64,000 bases of DNA from the NCBI GenBank assembly GCA_938075155.1, contig CALJGL010000001.1, positions 20,181 to 84,180 of the forward strand, read 5' to 3'. A program made the translations under genes and the position numbers. Of this stretch, positions 22,602 through 33,176 are shown one piece after another. The DNA comes from an uncultured bacterium (GTDB taxonomy: Bacteria; Planctomycetota; UBA8108; UBA1146). A model generated the notes under the pieces. It was not told the origin of the DNA. It did no database searches and saw nothing but the letters and a program-made list of their open reading frames with translations. Position 1 is the first letter of the stretch. Each line of letters begins with the position of its first letter.

Positions 22602-23804
22602 ATGCGTATCTCTGCGGATCATATCTTCACAGGAGCCGACTCAATGGCCGCCGGCCGGGTCGTCATCGAGAACGGAATCATCCAGGGGATACTCGCCCCG
22701 GGTGAGTCCGATCTTCACCTCGAGAATACTCTCCTCAGTTGCGGGTGGGTCAATTCTCATGTCCATCTCGATTTGAGCCTCCCAAGGGATGGGGATCGTG
22801 TCCCCGGTAGTTTTGAAGACTGGTTGGGATCAGTGGTTCAAGCACGAAGAACTCTCGGAGAAGAACTGAAGGTAATCGCTGCGAAAGGGATCGAAGAATC
22901 CATCGCTACGGGAACGACTGCGGTCTTCGATATCGATCCTGAGGGACACGTGCTCGATGCCATTCAGCATTCAGATCTCAAAAGAGTTATCTTTCGCGAA
23001 GTGATCGCACTGACGAGAGAACAAGACAAATCAGATTCTTGGATAGAATTTTTGAATGGGACTACTGATTCTCAAAAAGAACTGAGAGCCCTCTCACCTC
23101 ATTCACCCTACACCGTGCATCCTGAAATCTTGAAATTATTGACACAACTCTCTGCAGATAAAAGATTGCCCTGGGCTATGCATATCGCCGAGGCGGAATG
23201 GGAGAGAGAACTCCTCGATAATGGCACTGGTCCCGGAGCACAGTTTCTTGATCGATTCGGAGCCGACCCCGCAGAGTTTGTTCGCAAAACAAACCTGTTG
23301 AAATCTCTGGGGGACCCAGAGAAATCGGGACCGGGGTTAGTTATCCATGGAAACCATTGCACCTCTGAAGAAATGACTCTGATCGCGGAGAGTGGATCGG
23401 CTCTCGTGTGGTGTCCTTCCTCTCACGCCTATTTTAATCGTCCCCCTCATCCGGCACCCCAAGCACTGAGTCAGGGTGTACCGGTTCTTTTGGGTACCGA
23501 CGGTCAGATTTCTGCAGGTCACCTTTCTATGCTCAAAGAGATGAACTCTGCACATCAGGCAGCACCAACGATTCCTGCAGTGGATCTCTGGCGAATGGTC
23601 ACCACTGCTCCACGAGAATGGCTATCGGGCTTGGGGCAATCTCACCTACTCGGAAGCGGAAAACTCCAAGCCGGAGACCCCGCTGATCTGGTAGCGGTCT
23701 CCGTCCCCTCCGGAAGTGGATCTGTGCTCGAACGCGCCCTCCATGGAAAAATTCTCGGCTGCTGGATTGATGGTCGCGTCAAGACTTGGGAAGCCCCCGA
23801 GTGA
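22602..23804 (+). CDS. Metal-dependent amidohydrolase or deaminase (possibly aminodeoxyfutalosine deaminase-like)
   Basis: NSHVHLD, SPHSPYTV, HIAE, HGNH and LGTDG amidohydrolase motifs. The start is uncertain (22527, 22578 or 22602). Confidence 0.8.
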   Translation: MRISADHIFTGADSMAAGRVVIENGIIQGILAPGESDLHLENTLLSCGWVNSHVHLDLSLPRDGDRVPGSFEDWLGSVVQARRTLGEELKVIAAKGIEESIATGTTAVFDIDPEGHVLDAIQHSDLKRVIFREVIALTREQDKSDSWIEFLNGTTDSQKELRALSPHSPYTVHPEILKLLTQLSADKRLPWAMHIAEAEWERELLDNGTGPGAQFLDRFGADPAEFVRKTNLLKSLGDPEKSGPGLVIHGNHCTSEEMTLIAESGSALVWCPSSHAYFNRPPHPAPQALSQGVPVLLGTDGQISAGHLSMLKEMNSAHQAAPTIPAVDLWRMVTTAPREWLSGLGQSHLLGSGKLQAGDPADLVAVSVPSGSGSVLERALHGKILGCWIDGRVKTWEAPE

Positions 23805-23896
23805 TCTTGTTCCATTCACGGTAGACTTCCATCATGATGATCCGTGACACTCAGCGCATCGCCACCAACAAGTACTCATGATCAGGAGTTCAGCAC

Positions 23897-24694
23897 ATGC
23901 CTGCGAATGCCATCGACAGCCATGCACATCTCTACTTCGACCGTTTTGATGAAGACAGGGACCAAGTCATTCAGCGTGCTCGAGATGCAGGTTTCATTTC
24001 GATCATCAATATTGGTATCGATCTTGAGACCAGTGAAAAAGTAGTCGCCCTCGCTGAAGAGTATCCTGGGTTTTGCCATGCTGCTGTGGGGATTCATCCG
24101 ACCCACTCGCAATTCTCAACGGACGAGTTGAATTCGACTCTCAATGCCATCGATCAATTATGCGATCGACACCCTCAAGAGATCGTCGCCATAGGAGAGA
24201 TCGGCCTAGATTACTATTGGAAGGATGTCTCGCCTGAAGTTCAAAAGCCGGCTTTCGTCGCACAACTCGACATGGCTCGCCGCCGCCAACTGCCCGTGGT
24301 GATCCATTGTCGCGAGGCTTGGTCCGATACTCTGGACGTCATTTCCGAAAACGGTGAAGGAGTGACCGGAGTCTTCCATTGCTTTGGAGGGACCGTCGAA
24401 GAGGCTCGCAGAGCCATCGATCTGGGTTGGTACGTCTCATTCGCAGGAAATGTCACCTATCCCAAGGCACAAAATCTCCGAGATGCTGCTGTTATCGTTC
24501 CCACAGATCGATTGTTGTTAGAGACGGATAGTCCCTTCCTGGCACCCCAACCTGTAAGAGGTAAACGGAATGAGCCGGTCCATTCGCTTCATACAGCAGA
24601 GGCTCTTGCACGTGTCAGAAAAGTAGGCACGAACGAACTCATCTCGGCGACGACCGAGAATAGCCAAAGACTGTTTCGATTGGGAACTTCCTGA
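23897..24694 (+). CDS. tatD: TatD family hydrolase
   Basis: DSHAHL, AIGEIGLDYY, IHCREA, HCF, LLETDSPFLAP. Confidence 0.95.
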   Translation: MPANAIDSHAHLYFDRFDEDRDQVIQRARDAGFISIINIGIDLETSEKVVALAEEYPGFCHAAVGIHPTHSQFSTDELNSTLNAIDQLCDRHPQEIVAIGEIGLDYYWKDVSPEVQKPAFVAQLDMARRRQLPVVIHCREAWSDTLDVISENGEGVTGVFHCFGGTVEEARRAIDLGWYVSFAGNVTYPKAQNLRDAAVIVPTDRLLLETDSPFLAPQPVRGKRNEPVHSLHTAEALARVRKVGTNELISATTENSQRLFRLGTS

Positions 24695-24703
24695 AAGAAG
24701 CTG

Positions 24704-24922
24704 CTAAAACTTCAGCATCTGCGGGGGTGAGCAGATGTGATCGACGAAGGACGTATCCTTGATCGAATTGACGGACTGAATCACACGATCACGCAGTTGA
24801 TCAGCGGTATTCGACAATGTTTCCGAGGTCATCGAGGGGACCATGCGAGCTCCTTCGAGGAGAGTCTCACGAATCATTTCGATCTTCTCAGATGGGGTGC
24901 GGTCTGGACTTTGGGTCGACAT
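24704..24922 (-). CDS. Small hypothetical protein (72 aa)
   Basis: GAGGT RBS before the ATG; fills the gap between the murQ-like gene and tatD. Confidence 0.5.
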   Translation of the reverse strand: MSTQSPDRTPSEKIEMIRETLLEGARMVPSMTSETLSNTADQLRDRVIQSVNSIKDTSFVDHICSPPQMLKF

Positions 24923-25037
24923 CTTTACCTCTGTTCAATCGATCTTCTCTCCCTGAATCTTCCCGGTTACAAATCTCAAAATCTGTACCAAGCTCAGTGG
25001 TTACCGTTGAACCACCTCCGACAGGGATCCTAAGAGA

Positions 25038-25985
25038 TTAGGCCTCCCAGGACCTTTCTGCAAGTTGATGGGACGTCATACTCCCCTCCTTCAGAGGCTC
25101 CAAATACTGCCAAATCAGCTCTAATTGCCCCTGAGCTGCATCTAATAGCGTCTCGGTCTCTTTTGCAGGTTTCTCGAGCCACCCACAGGCCACAGCAAGC
25201 CTTAAATCATTACGGCACATAGAGATAAGGCTATCTGCTCGATTTTCTGATACATCTGCCAGTTGAGACACAATCGTCAGGGCGCGAGCTCTGAGTTTCC
25301 GATTTGTCGGCTTCATCATCACCATGCGGCCTTTGTATATCCAGCCCAAGCGAAGAGCTCCCATCGTCGAAATCCTTTGCAAGATCCTGTGAGTTGCCGT
25401 GGCAGCCCGCAATCGAGTTGAACCTGCAACCGTCTCCGGTCCCGTCGTAATCAGGATTGGGATGACTCCACCGGGCCCCGGAACCACTGCGGCGGGATTC
25501 CCCGTAATAAAAACTCGCTTTGCTCCCAATGAACCTGCGGTCTCCAACCCTTGAGCAACAAAGTCAGCCATTCCTGAAGCCGAGATTCCTAACACCAAAT
25601 CGTTCTCTGAGACCTTGAGGTCCTCAATCGCTTTTCTACCGGCGTCGCCATCATCTTCAGCACCTTCTACGGCTCGGGTGAGAGCCATGTCACCCCCGGC
25701 CACAAGGGCATGGCGACGATCCTCAGATACAGAGAAAGTGGGTCCCCATTCTGCCATTTCAAGGGCCAAGAGACGGCCACTGGTTCCAGCCCCTAAACCG
25801 ATCACTCTTCCGGTACCTCGCATCGTCTCAGCCCAAAGCGAAGAGGCGACCAACACAGATTCTCGTGCCCGTGAAATGGCTTCCTGAACTCCTGATTCGC
25901 CTAACTCAAAATGCTCCCAGCATTGCTCCGCAGATTTGATTTCAAAAGTGGAAGGATCGAGGCCTTCCGTAGGAGAAGAACTCAT
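25038..25985 (-). CDS. murQ: N-acetylmuramic acid 6-phosphate etherase-like SIS protein
   Basis: GAGTSGRL, AVEGAED, GISASG, GPETVAGSTRL, PTNRKLRARA; divergent from typical MurQ. Confidence 0.8.
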   Translation of the reverse strand: MSSSPTEGLDPSTFEIKSAEQCWEHFELGESGVQEAISRARESVLVASSLWAETMRGTGRVIGLGAGTSGRLLALEMAEWGPTFSVSEDRRHALVAGGDMALTRAVEGAEDDGDAGRKAIEDLKVSENDLVLGISASGMADFVAQGLETAGSLGAKRVFITGNPAAVVPGPGGVIPILITTGPETVAGSTRLRAATATHRILQRISTMGALRLGWIYKGRMVMMKPTNRKLRARALTIVSQLADVSENRADSLISMCRNDLRLAVACGWLEKPAKETETLLDAAQGQLELIWQYLEPLKEGSMTSHQLAERSWEA

Positions 25986-27031
25986 TTTCCACCTCCCCCT
26001 GGTCCCTGAATCCTACGCCAGACCCTACCGATATCTTCGCGAATCTCTTTCTCCCAAGGTGGGTGAGGAAACTCTTTAAGGATCTCTTCGTAACTTGATG
26101 CGGCTGCAGCAAGTTTTTGATTCAGTTCCATCTCTCGAGCGTCTGATCGCCGGTTCTTCCAACGAATCTCAAGAATCTCATGCAATTTCCTTCGACGCTC
26201 CAGTAATGGCTCTCTTTCTGGAAACTTCAATGAATCGAGTTGAGTCATCAGTCGGATGGCATCTTTATTTTTCTGGTCTTGAACAAGCATCTGTGACTTA
26301 TCAAGCAACTGCTCTCCAGCTTTCCTTGAACGGGAATACACCTGACAAACCTTAAGAGTCGCCTTTAATGCTTTACGAACTTTAGAGGCTTTCAACTGAC
26401 TCCCCTTGAAAGGAGTTCCTTTATTCAGGTAGGGATCAAACAATGCTACGACTGTTTTACCTTTAGGTTTTCCGAATATTTTTGACAGATTTTTTCGTTC
26501 CGAATCTTCAACGCTTTTACGAGTTTCCGACCAATCTTTGGGGAATGGTTTCCAAATCCAATCATCGCCACTCTTGACCCAGTCAGCTCTCAGCAAAATC
26601 ACGTCGGAAAGCAGCGACTGAATAACACGGTCATCCAAAACGGCTTCCAACTTTGATCCTGTCTCAATATCCCCCTCACACTGAATTACGATCAGGAGTG
26701 GTTTCAAATCCCGTATTGATTTCTCAATCGCTTTGGAGGGGGTCTCCCATTTCATATCCATCTCTGATTTTTCGTCTTTATCAGAAGACTCTTCAGCCGA
26801 ATATTGTGGATCTAGAAGAGTTGCTCCGTCAGCAGCATTGACATGAACTCCAAGTGGGGAAAATACGAATGCACTCACCCACATGATCCCCGCGAAAATC
26901 CAACCCCGAGAATTCACGGGAAAGGAATTCTCGGGAATGAAGGCGGACAGTTGACTTGCCAGATTCATGCGGAAGCTCCTTTGGAAATTCAGGCCCTTCT
27001 GATTAAGACCCGAATTTTTACCTTTGAGCAT
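25982..27031 (-). CDS. Hypothetical exported protein (thioredoxin-like segment plus helical C terminus)
   Basis: Long ORF coupled to murQ by an ATGA overlap, with a hydrophobic N-terminal segment; start uncertain. Confidence 0.65.
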   Translation of the reverse strand: MLKGKNSGLNQKGLNFQRSFRMNLASQLSAFIPENSFPVNSRGWIFAGIMWVSAFVFSPLGVHVNAADGATLLDPQYSAEESSDKDEKSEMDMKWETPSKAIEKSIRDLKPLLIVIQCEGDIETGSKLEAVLDDRVIQSLLSDVILLRADWVKSGDDWIWKPFPKDWSETRKSVEDSERKNLSKIFGKPKGKTVVALFDPYLNKGTPFKGSQLKASKVRKALKATLKVCQVYSRSRKAGEQLLDKSQMLVQDQKNKDAIRLMTQLDSLKFPEREPLLERRRKLHEILEIRWKNRRSDAREMELNQKLAAAASSYEEILKEFPHPPWEKEIREDIGRVWRRIQGPGGGGK

Positions 27032-27168
27032 AATCTATCACCCAAATCGACCAGCAACCATGCACTGAAGTCCTTGATCTACTTGCCCTGCACCCGATCG
27101 AGTCACATGATCGGAAGTATGAGGTATCGGTCATGATGCCCTTTGAATGATCCGGGGAAGAAATCGCT

Positions 27169-27930
27169 ATGAACTCTTCAATACCGCCCTCAAGTGCTGA
27201 CGCGAACAAAGCCCATCCATTCCTCGATAAACCCGGGGAAAAGATCAGTGGCCTTTTCGACGAAATTGCCCCTCGCTACGATTTACTCAACCGCGTTTTG
27301 TCCTTCAATATCGATGTTTGGTGGAGACATCAGGCCGTCAAATCATTGCAGTTGAAACCCGGCCACAAGGTGCTGGATGCCTGCTGCGGAACTGGGGATC
27401 TCTCCATGGCGGCTCTCGCCGCAGAACCAAATCTGGATGTAATAGGAAGTGATTTCTCTATTCAGATGCTGCTCACTGGAGATCGTAAACGTCGCCAAAA
27501 AGCGGGTCACTTTAAAGGACCCCAGCTTGTTCATGCAGACACGCTCGACCTTCCATTTCCCGACAACACTTTTGACGGTGCAATGGTCGGTTTTGGCATG
27601 AGGAACGTCGCAAATCTTCCAGCAGGCTTGCGAGAGTTATCCCGGGTTCTAAAACCCGGAGGACGATTAATGGTGTTGGAATTCACACCGATGACTCACC
27701 GCTGGTTACGCCCCTTTTCAGATTGGTACCAAGGAAAAGTACTTCCAGGAATTGGAAATCTTCTCTCCGGTTCAAAAGTGAAAGCTTACAGTTACCTTGA
27801 CGAATCGGTTAAGGATTGGCCCGATGGAGATCGCTTTGCAGAAGTGATACGTCGTACTCCCCTTCACGCTGTGAAATGGCGTCCGTTATTCCCAGGGAAT
27901 GTTGCAGTCCATGAGGCCGTAAAAGCATGA
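27169..27930 (+). CDS. menG: Demethylmenaquinone methyltransferase (UbiE/MenG)
   Basis: FDEIAPRYDLLNRVLS, VLDACCGTGDL, GFGMRNV, RVLKPGG. Confidence 0.92.
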   Translation: MNSSIPPSSADANKAHPFLDKPGEKISGLFDEIAPRYDLLNRVLSFNIDVWWRHQAVKSLQLKPGHKVLDACCGTGDLSMAALAAEPNLDVIGSDFSIQMLLTGDRKRRQKAGHFKGPQLVHADTLDLPFPDNTFDGAMVGFGMRNVANLPAGLRELSRVLKPGGRLMVLEFTPMTHRWLRPFSDWYQGKVLPGIGNLLSGSKVKAYSYLDESVKDWPDGDRFAEVIRRTPLHAVKWRPLFPGNVAVHEAVKA

Positions 27931-28766
27931 ATGAAAAACTCCAAAAAAATCATCATGTGATTGCGGCTCCCGGGCTAAAAACAGATCCCACTCAATTCGC
28001 CAAGATGCTGTCCCAAGAACTGGGAACAGTTCTATTCGACGAGACTTACCGACTAAAAAACTGTGAAGGTTGGTGGCTTCGTGGAGGGACTGAGAAGCAG
28101 GCTGAGAAGGTCTCTGAACTGGCGAAATCGTTGTCCCTTCCCGTCCGTATTTGGGTCAAAGATTTACCCGATACACGAATGAAAGTTCGACGTACGATTC
28201 GAACTCGTATCGAAAATGATCGCCTAGAGTTAGTCAGTCCCACCGATTCCAGATGGATTCCACTGAGTTCGATAAGAGCCCTCGATTTGAGTTTGGCGGC
28301 GGAGGACGACGATGATCAAGAGTTGGAAAAACACAAAGATCAAAGGGATCGAGTGATGCGAGGCCTTGCTTCAGTCATGCACCCTGGCACACCGGCAGGA
28401 GACCTTCTTGAGAAAATCTCGGAGGCTCCCATTCGGAATCCTCGACCCAAATTGTTCCTCATCGGCCCGGGTGATCTATGCTGGTCTATGGATAGAAGTA
28501 CCGTCTTCCTTGACCTCGTTGAACAACGAGCCGCTCAATCCTTAGCGAATATCCTGCGATTCACCGGAATTCTCATCGGTTCTTTGTCGGAGGAAATCAT
28601 CACACCACAAACCCAACTTTTCTGGATTGATGGAGATCTCGATTCAAGTCGCAGGGATACTGACACACAACAATCTAATCGAATCGATGCGATTAGAGCG
28701 TGGCTGGAAGTCGGCGGCACATTGAATGAAGGTCAGGCCAGAGGTTCAGTACTTCCGCCTCCATAA
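27927..28766 (+). CDS. Hypothetical protein
   Basis: 279-aa ORF overlapping the menG stop (ATGA). Confidence 0.7.
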   Translation: MNEKLQKNHHVIAAPGLKTDPTQFAKMLSQELGTVLFDETYRLKNCEGWWLRGGTEKQAEKVSELAKSLSLPVRIWVKDLPDTRMKVRRTIRTRIENDRLELVSPTDSRWIPLSSIRALDLSLAAEDDDDQELEKHKDQRDRVMRGLASVMHPGTPAGDLLEKISEAPIRNPRPKLFLIGPGDLCWSMDRSTVFLDLVEQRAAQSLANILRFTGILIGSLSEEIITPQTQLFWIDGDLDSSRRDTDTQQSNRIDAIRAWLEVGGTLNEGQARGSVLPPP

Positions 28767-28799
28767 CCAAAGTCAAGACTCCTGAAAGGGAACCCGATC

Positions 28800-29417
28800 A
28801 TGAACAAACCTCACCAGCAGGAAAAAGGATCTCCCAAGCAACTCGTCGTTGGTGTCAGTGGAGCCAGTGGCTCCGTGATCGCCGAACGCCTAGTTCGGTT
28901 TCTTCTGGATTCTGGACATCATGTCCATCTCGTCGCGTCCAAAACGGGCAAACTGGTTACTCATGATGAGATGGATATCCCACAGGGAACGCGTGGTTTG
29001 TTCGCTAACATGGAACATGAAAACCTGACGGAATGGGGCGAAAAAAACTTCTATGCCCCCTTTGCCAGTGGAACGGCACCTATCGATGGGATGGCGATAG
29101 TCCCATGCGCGATGACCACGGTGGCCAGTGTCGCCCATGGTATTTCTGACAATCTGATAAAGCGTGCGGCGGAAGTCATGCTCAAGGAAGGCCGTCCTTT
29201 GGTGATCGTGCCCCGTGAAGCTCCACTGAATCAGATTCATTTGCAGAACATGCTGACTCTCGCTCAAGCAGGCGCCACCATCGTTCCTCCGGTACTCACT
29301 TTTTACCAACACCCTGGAGATTCCGTCATGGAACAAGTCGACTATGTCGTCAGTCGAATCCTTGACCATCTGGGTGTCGACAATCAACTTTTTCATCGAT
29401 GGGGTACCGAGAGGTGA
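28800..29417 (+). CDS. ubiX: Flavin prenyltransferase UbiX
   Basis: GVSGASG, APFASG, DNLIKRAAEVMLKEGRPLVIVPREAP. Confidence 0.95.
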   Translation: MNKPHQQEKGSPKQLVVGVSGASGSVIAERLVRFLLDSGHHVHLVASKTGKLVTHDEMDIPQGTRGLFANMEHENLTEWGEKNFYAPFASGTAPIDGMAIVPCAMTTVASVAHGISDNLIKRAAEVMLKEGRPLVIVPREAPLNQIHLQNMLTLAQAGATIVPPVLTFYQHPGDSVMEQVDYVVSRILDHLGVDNQLFHRWGTER

Positions 29418-30310
29418 TTCGATCGAGTGACTCTCCACACGGCTTACTGGGCAGTTTCATCGAGTTCGGGGAAATGATCAAAATTTCCCATACTCTGTTC
29501 GCCATGCCATTTGCTATCGGAGCAGGTTTCCTAGCTGCCTCAGAAACCACCCATGAAATCCCCAATCCCATCATCGCCTTTTTGCAGATCATTCTTGCCG
29601 TCGCCTTCGCGAGGACTGCGGCTATGTCTTTCAACCGCTGGGCTGACAAAGATATAGATGGAAAAAACCCCAGAACCTCAGGGCGATCGATTCCTGCTGG
29701 ACGTCTCAGCTCGGGTAAAGTGCTGACGGCAACCATCTTGTCCGCACTGGGCTTCATTGGGATCTGCGCGTGGATCAGCCACATCGCACTTCTGCTGTCC
29801 CCCATCGTCTTGCTCGTAGTCTTGGGGTACTCGTACACAAAAAGAGTCACATGGCTTTGTCATGCAGTGCTCGGCACCGGTCTAGGATTAGCCCCTGTTG
29901 GAGCGTGGTTGGTCGTCACCGGGGATTTAAGTCATCCCATTCCATGGCTATTAGGCACTGCAGTTCTCTTTTGGACGACTGGATTTGACATCATTTACGC
30001 TTGTCAAGATGCTGAAGTAGATCAGGCTCAATCACTGAATAGCATCCCTGCCTGCTTTGGAGTGGGCAAAGCTTTACTGATTTCAAAGCTCTGCCACGTG
30101 ATGATGGTGATCCTTCTGGGCGGGCTTTGTTTCGAGATGGGTTTTCCCCTCTCCATAGTGACAGCAACCTTGATCACCATTGTTCTTCTCATTATTGAGC
30201 ACCTCATCATTTCCAAAGGAAACTTAGAAAAAATAGAAATCTCATTCTTTCAAATCAATGTTGCGATCAGTCTCATGTTTCTTATCGCAATGATCTTCGA
30301 GGTATCCTGA
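29414..30310 (+). CDS. UbiA-family polyprenyltransferase (MqnP-like)
   Basis: IKISHTLFAMPF, ARTAAMSFNRWAD..D..NPRT, YSYTKR, FDIIYACQD. GTG 29414 overlapping the ubiX stop is the likely start. Confidence 0.9.
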   Translation: MIRSSDSPHGLLGSFIEFGEMIKISHTLFAMPFAIGAGFLAASETTHEIPNPIIAFLQIILAVAFARTAAMSFNRWADKDIDGKNPRTSGRSIPAGRLSSGKVLTATILSALGFIGICAWISHIALLLSPIVLLVVLGYSYTKRVTWLCHAVLGTGLGLAPVGAWLVVTGDLSHPIPWLLGTAVLFWTTGFDIIYACQDAEVDQAQSLNSIPACFGVGKALLISKLCHVMMVILLGGLCFEMGFPLSIVTATLITIVLLIIEHLIISKGNLEKIEISFFQINVAISLMFLIAMIFEVS

Positions 30311-30312
30311 CC

Positions 30313-32148
30313 ATGAAATCTCGAGATGAAGAGCGTCAGTTATTGATCAACAAAACCTCGTGGCGACAACCGGCGCTACCTGCGGGCAGAATCGCCCTCG
30401 TCCGAGGTGCCGTGATCTTCTCGATTCTCTTTTGTTTGTATTGGATGATGGTTCCACTAGGACCAGAAACTGGGCCGACGGCTCGGCTACTCGCAAGTTA
30501 CTGGAATCCTCCCGAAGCCATCGCCATCCCTTTGGCTGTTCAACTGATTCTTCTCAAACTCAGTTCTTTTCTATTTTCACCGGAGATCTCCGCAAAAGTT
30601 CTTTCCATTTTCCTCACTACAGGAGGTCTGGCAATTTTGGTTTGCTGGCTTCGACAATTGGACGCTTCAAGGTCGACAGTTGTCACCGCCACTCTCCTTG
30701 CAGGACTATCGCCGGGGATTGCTCAAATCGTCATCCATGGAGGAAGCGCTCCATTGATCTTTTTCACAGGGACTCTCCTTCTGGTAACTACGGATCAAAT
30801 GCGAGCAGAGGCGGGTCGAGGATTGAGATCGGTATCGTTCTTCTTCGGCGTATCGTTGGCCTTCGGTCCAGCCATGATTCCTGTACAAATGTACTCACTC
30901 TTGACGGTTCTCTTCGACCAGAGCAACAGAGATCTGATTTTCAGAAATCTCCTTCGAAGTATTCTTGGCGTGATCTTCGGCTTTCTGCCTTGTTTCCTCA
31001 CTGCGATTTACTTCTCGGATTCATCCTCGATGGCTTCCTGGATAGAAGTCTTTGTTCAGTGGAAAGAATCTTGGAAATCTTCTATTTCAGGCCTTCATTC
31101 CCCCTCAGTAGAACTTCTCTTTAACTCGACTCGTCAGGTGGGAGTTTTTCTCCTCTTGATGGCACTTCCGGGGTTCCTGTGGTCTCTCCTCCGACGCCCG
31201 GGGGATGCCTGCCTAATGCTCCTTATTATGACTTCAGGCGCGTTCGCTTTACCAACATCGACAAAGGTCAGAGGATTCACAACCGTCGATGCTATGGATC
31301 CCTATCTCCTCTTCGCGAGCCTTCCTGCACTTGTGTTCTGTAGTTGGACTTTAACGATTGCTCATCGCCGAATGGCTAGATTTCAACCTTCGCGAAAATT
31401 CCTCGTTAGCATTTCGTCCCTGATCATCTGCTTCGTAGCCGTGTTCTTGGTAAAGCCGCTTCCATGGAAACCCACTTCGCAATTAGTTCAACAGTGGGCT
31501 GCTTCAGTTCTGGAGTCTGCTCCTCAAGATGCGCTTCTTCTCACAGGAGGAAACGCTTCGGCCAGTGCTTTGGTATCGGTCCAATGGCGAGATGGACTTC
31601 GTCCAGATGTCATCATTCTCGATCCCTGGGGAATCAGAGAAAAACCCTGGTCCTCACTGGAGCATCAGAGATTGGGTCTTTCTTCAAATCTTGAGGACTC
31701 AGAGTTGATTTCCGGCATTCAGGAACTCCTCGATGCCGGTCGACCATTAGTCGCTCTTCCAGAAGCTTTATCCCACCCCTTAATGGCTGGGAAAAATATT
31801 CAACCGAGAGCACTCTTGTTTGAAATTCGACCAGAAAAATCTCCATTAATCTCCGACATGGAACTCATGGAAACTCTCAATCTGGCAGACCTCCCTAGCA
31901 CTCCGAAAGATGCATGGGCATGGATTCGAGGAGAAGGAGATTTCCCCCCACGAAGGGGACGGCTAGCAGGAAGAGTCGCAGCAAGATCATGGCTCGCTTT
32001 GGCGAGATCCAAGGGGGAGTTGACCTTTACCGACGAATGGTCGCCGATTCTGGCCGTGTTGGAGGGTATGTATTTCGATCCAGACGGGGTTCAGGAATGG
32101 GCACTCGGTCAGCCAGATTTACGGCTGGATTCGAGAAAACCCAAATAG
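30313..32148 (+). CDS. Polytopic membrane protein, possibly GT-C glycosyltransferase or DUF2723-like
   Basis: Many TM segments followed by a soluble domain APQDALLLTGG...RPDVIILD. Confidence 0.55.
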   Translation: MKSRDEERQLLINKTSWRQPALPAGRIALVRGAVIFSILFCLYWMMVPLGPETGPTARLLASYWNPPEAIAIPLAVQLILLKLSSFLFSPEISAKVLSIFLTTGGLAILVCWLRQLDASRSTVVTATLLAGLSPGIAQIVIHGGSAPLIFFTGTLLLVTTDQMRAEAGRGLRSVSFFFGVSLAFGPAMIPVQMYSLLTVLFDQSNRDLIFRNLLRSILGVIFGFLPCFLTAIYFSDSSSMASWIEVFVQWKESWKSSISGLHSPSVELLFNSTRQVGVFLLLMALPGFLWSLLRRPGDACLMLLIMTSGAFALPTSTKVRGFTTVDAMDPYLLFASLPALVFCSWTLTIAHRRMARFQPSRKFLVSISSLIICFVAVFLVKPLPWKPTSQLVQQWAASVLESAPQDALLLTGGNASASALVSVQWRDGLRPDVIILDPWGIREKPWSSLEHQRLGLSSNLEDSELISGIQELLDAGRPLVALPEALSHPLMAGKNIQPRALLFEIRPEKSPLISDMELMETLNLADLPSTPKDAWAWIRGEGDFPPRRGRLAGRVAARSWLALARSKGELTFTDEWSPILAVLEGMYFDPDGVQEWALGQPDLRLDSRKPK

Positions 32149-32149
32149 C

Positions 32150-33139
32150 TCAACCTTGTCCCCTGCCCTCATATTCTCGACTCGCGGTCTTTAGGAAGCT
32201 ACGCTCCTCGCGACTGAGAGAGTCGAGACCTTCCCTAGATACCTTTTCGAGAAGTTGATCGACCCGCTCACGAATCTGTTCTTCCCGTTTCGTGATCTTA
32301 TCTAATCGTCTCTGTTGAAATTCTTCACGCTTCCTGCACCACCAACTTTGCTTTGAACCCGAGCTCCCTTGCCACCACTCTTGGTCACCCGTGGCTTCCA
32401 TTCGTGACATAAAGTAGCTCTGAGCGAAGATCATGACAGCAATCGCCAACAAGAATCCACTCGCCCCATCGATGCTCAGCCATAGAAGAAACAATCCGCC
32501 TGAAACGATTCTTCCAGCAGTCACCAATACCTTTTGGGCTTTTCCTTCACCATGTCTCGCCCATGTAAGGGCATGCAGGATTCTTCCACCATCTAATGGC
32601 AAGGCCGGAAGCAGATTGAAAACTAATAGATCGAAATTAACGGCAGCGGCTATTGAGAGCGGATCAGAGACAGGCATTCGTAAGAAAAAAGAACCCCAAC
32701 CGTCCCCAAGAAAATAAGCCAATGGCATCAAGGTCAACCAGAGAATCAGATTCACCATGGGGCCCCCCATGGCGACGGCCAGATGCGGAGCAGGTCGATC
32801 GGGAACATCGACGCTAGCAAGCCCACCCAGTGGCCAAAGTAGAACTTCGTGGGCATTCCCCCCCACTTGGCGAGCCGCTCTGCAATGCCCCATCTCATGG
32901 AGGAACACTGAAACGAACAAAAAGCCGAGATAGTAAAGGACGGTACTATCGGTGTTCCCCTGAATCGTTGGATCGCTCCCCGGCTCAGGCCGAGAAAGGG
33001 AAATCCACTCCAGAAGCCCCCATAATAGGAAGATCCAATGCAGTCGAACCGTGATTCCCGCAACAGATCCCAGTCTCAGTCCACCCCGCTCAAACAATGA
33101 CGCCTCCTCGGTTCGAAAAAATCTTGATTCCTGACTCAC
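32150..33139 (-). CDS. Site-2 (M50) membrane metalloprotease
   Basis: HEMGH and NLLPALPLDGG motifs; C-terminal VDQLLEKVSREGLDSLS tail. Confidence 0.92.
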   Translation of the reverse strand: MSQESRFFRTEEASLFERGGLRLGSVAGITVRLHWIFLLWGLLEWISLSRPEPGSDPTIQGNTDSTVLYYLGFLFVSVFLHEMGHCRAARQVGGNAHEVLLWPLGGLASVDVPDRPAPHLAVAMGGPMVNLILWLTLMPLAYFLGDGWGSFFLRMPVSDPLSIAAAVNFDLLVFNLLPALPLDGGRILHALTWARHGEGKAQKVLVTAGRIVSGGLFLLWLSIDGASGFLLAIAVMIFAQSYFMSRMEATGDQEWWQGSSGSKQSWWCRKREEFQQRRLDKITKREEQIRERVDQLLEKVSREGLDSLSREERSFLKTASREYEGRGQG

Positions 33140-33176
33140 TCATTTATCACCTGAATATTGTCAGCCGTCCGTGGAT

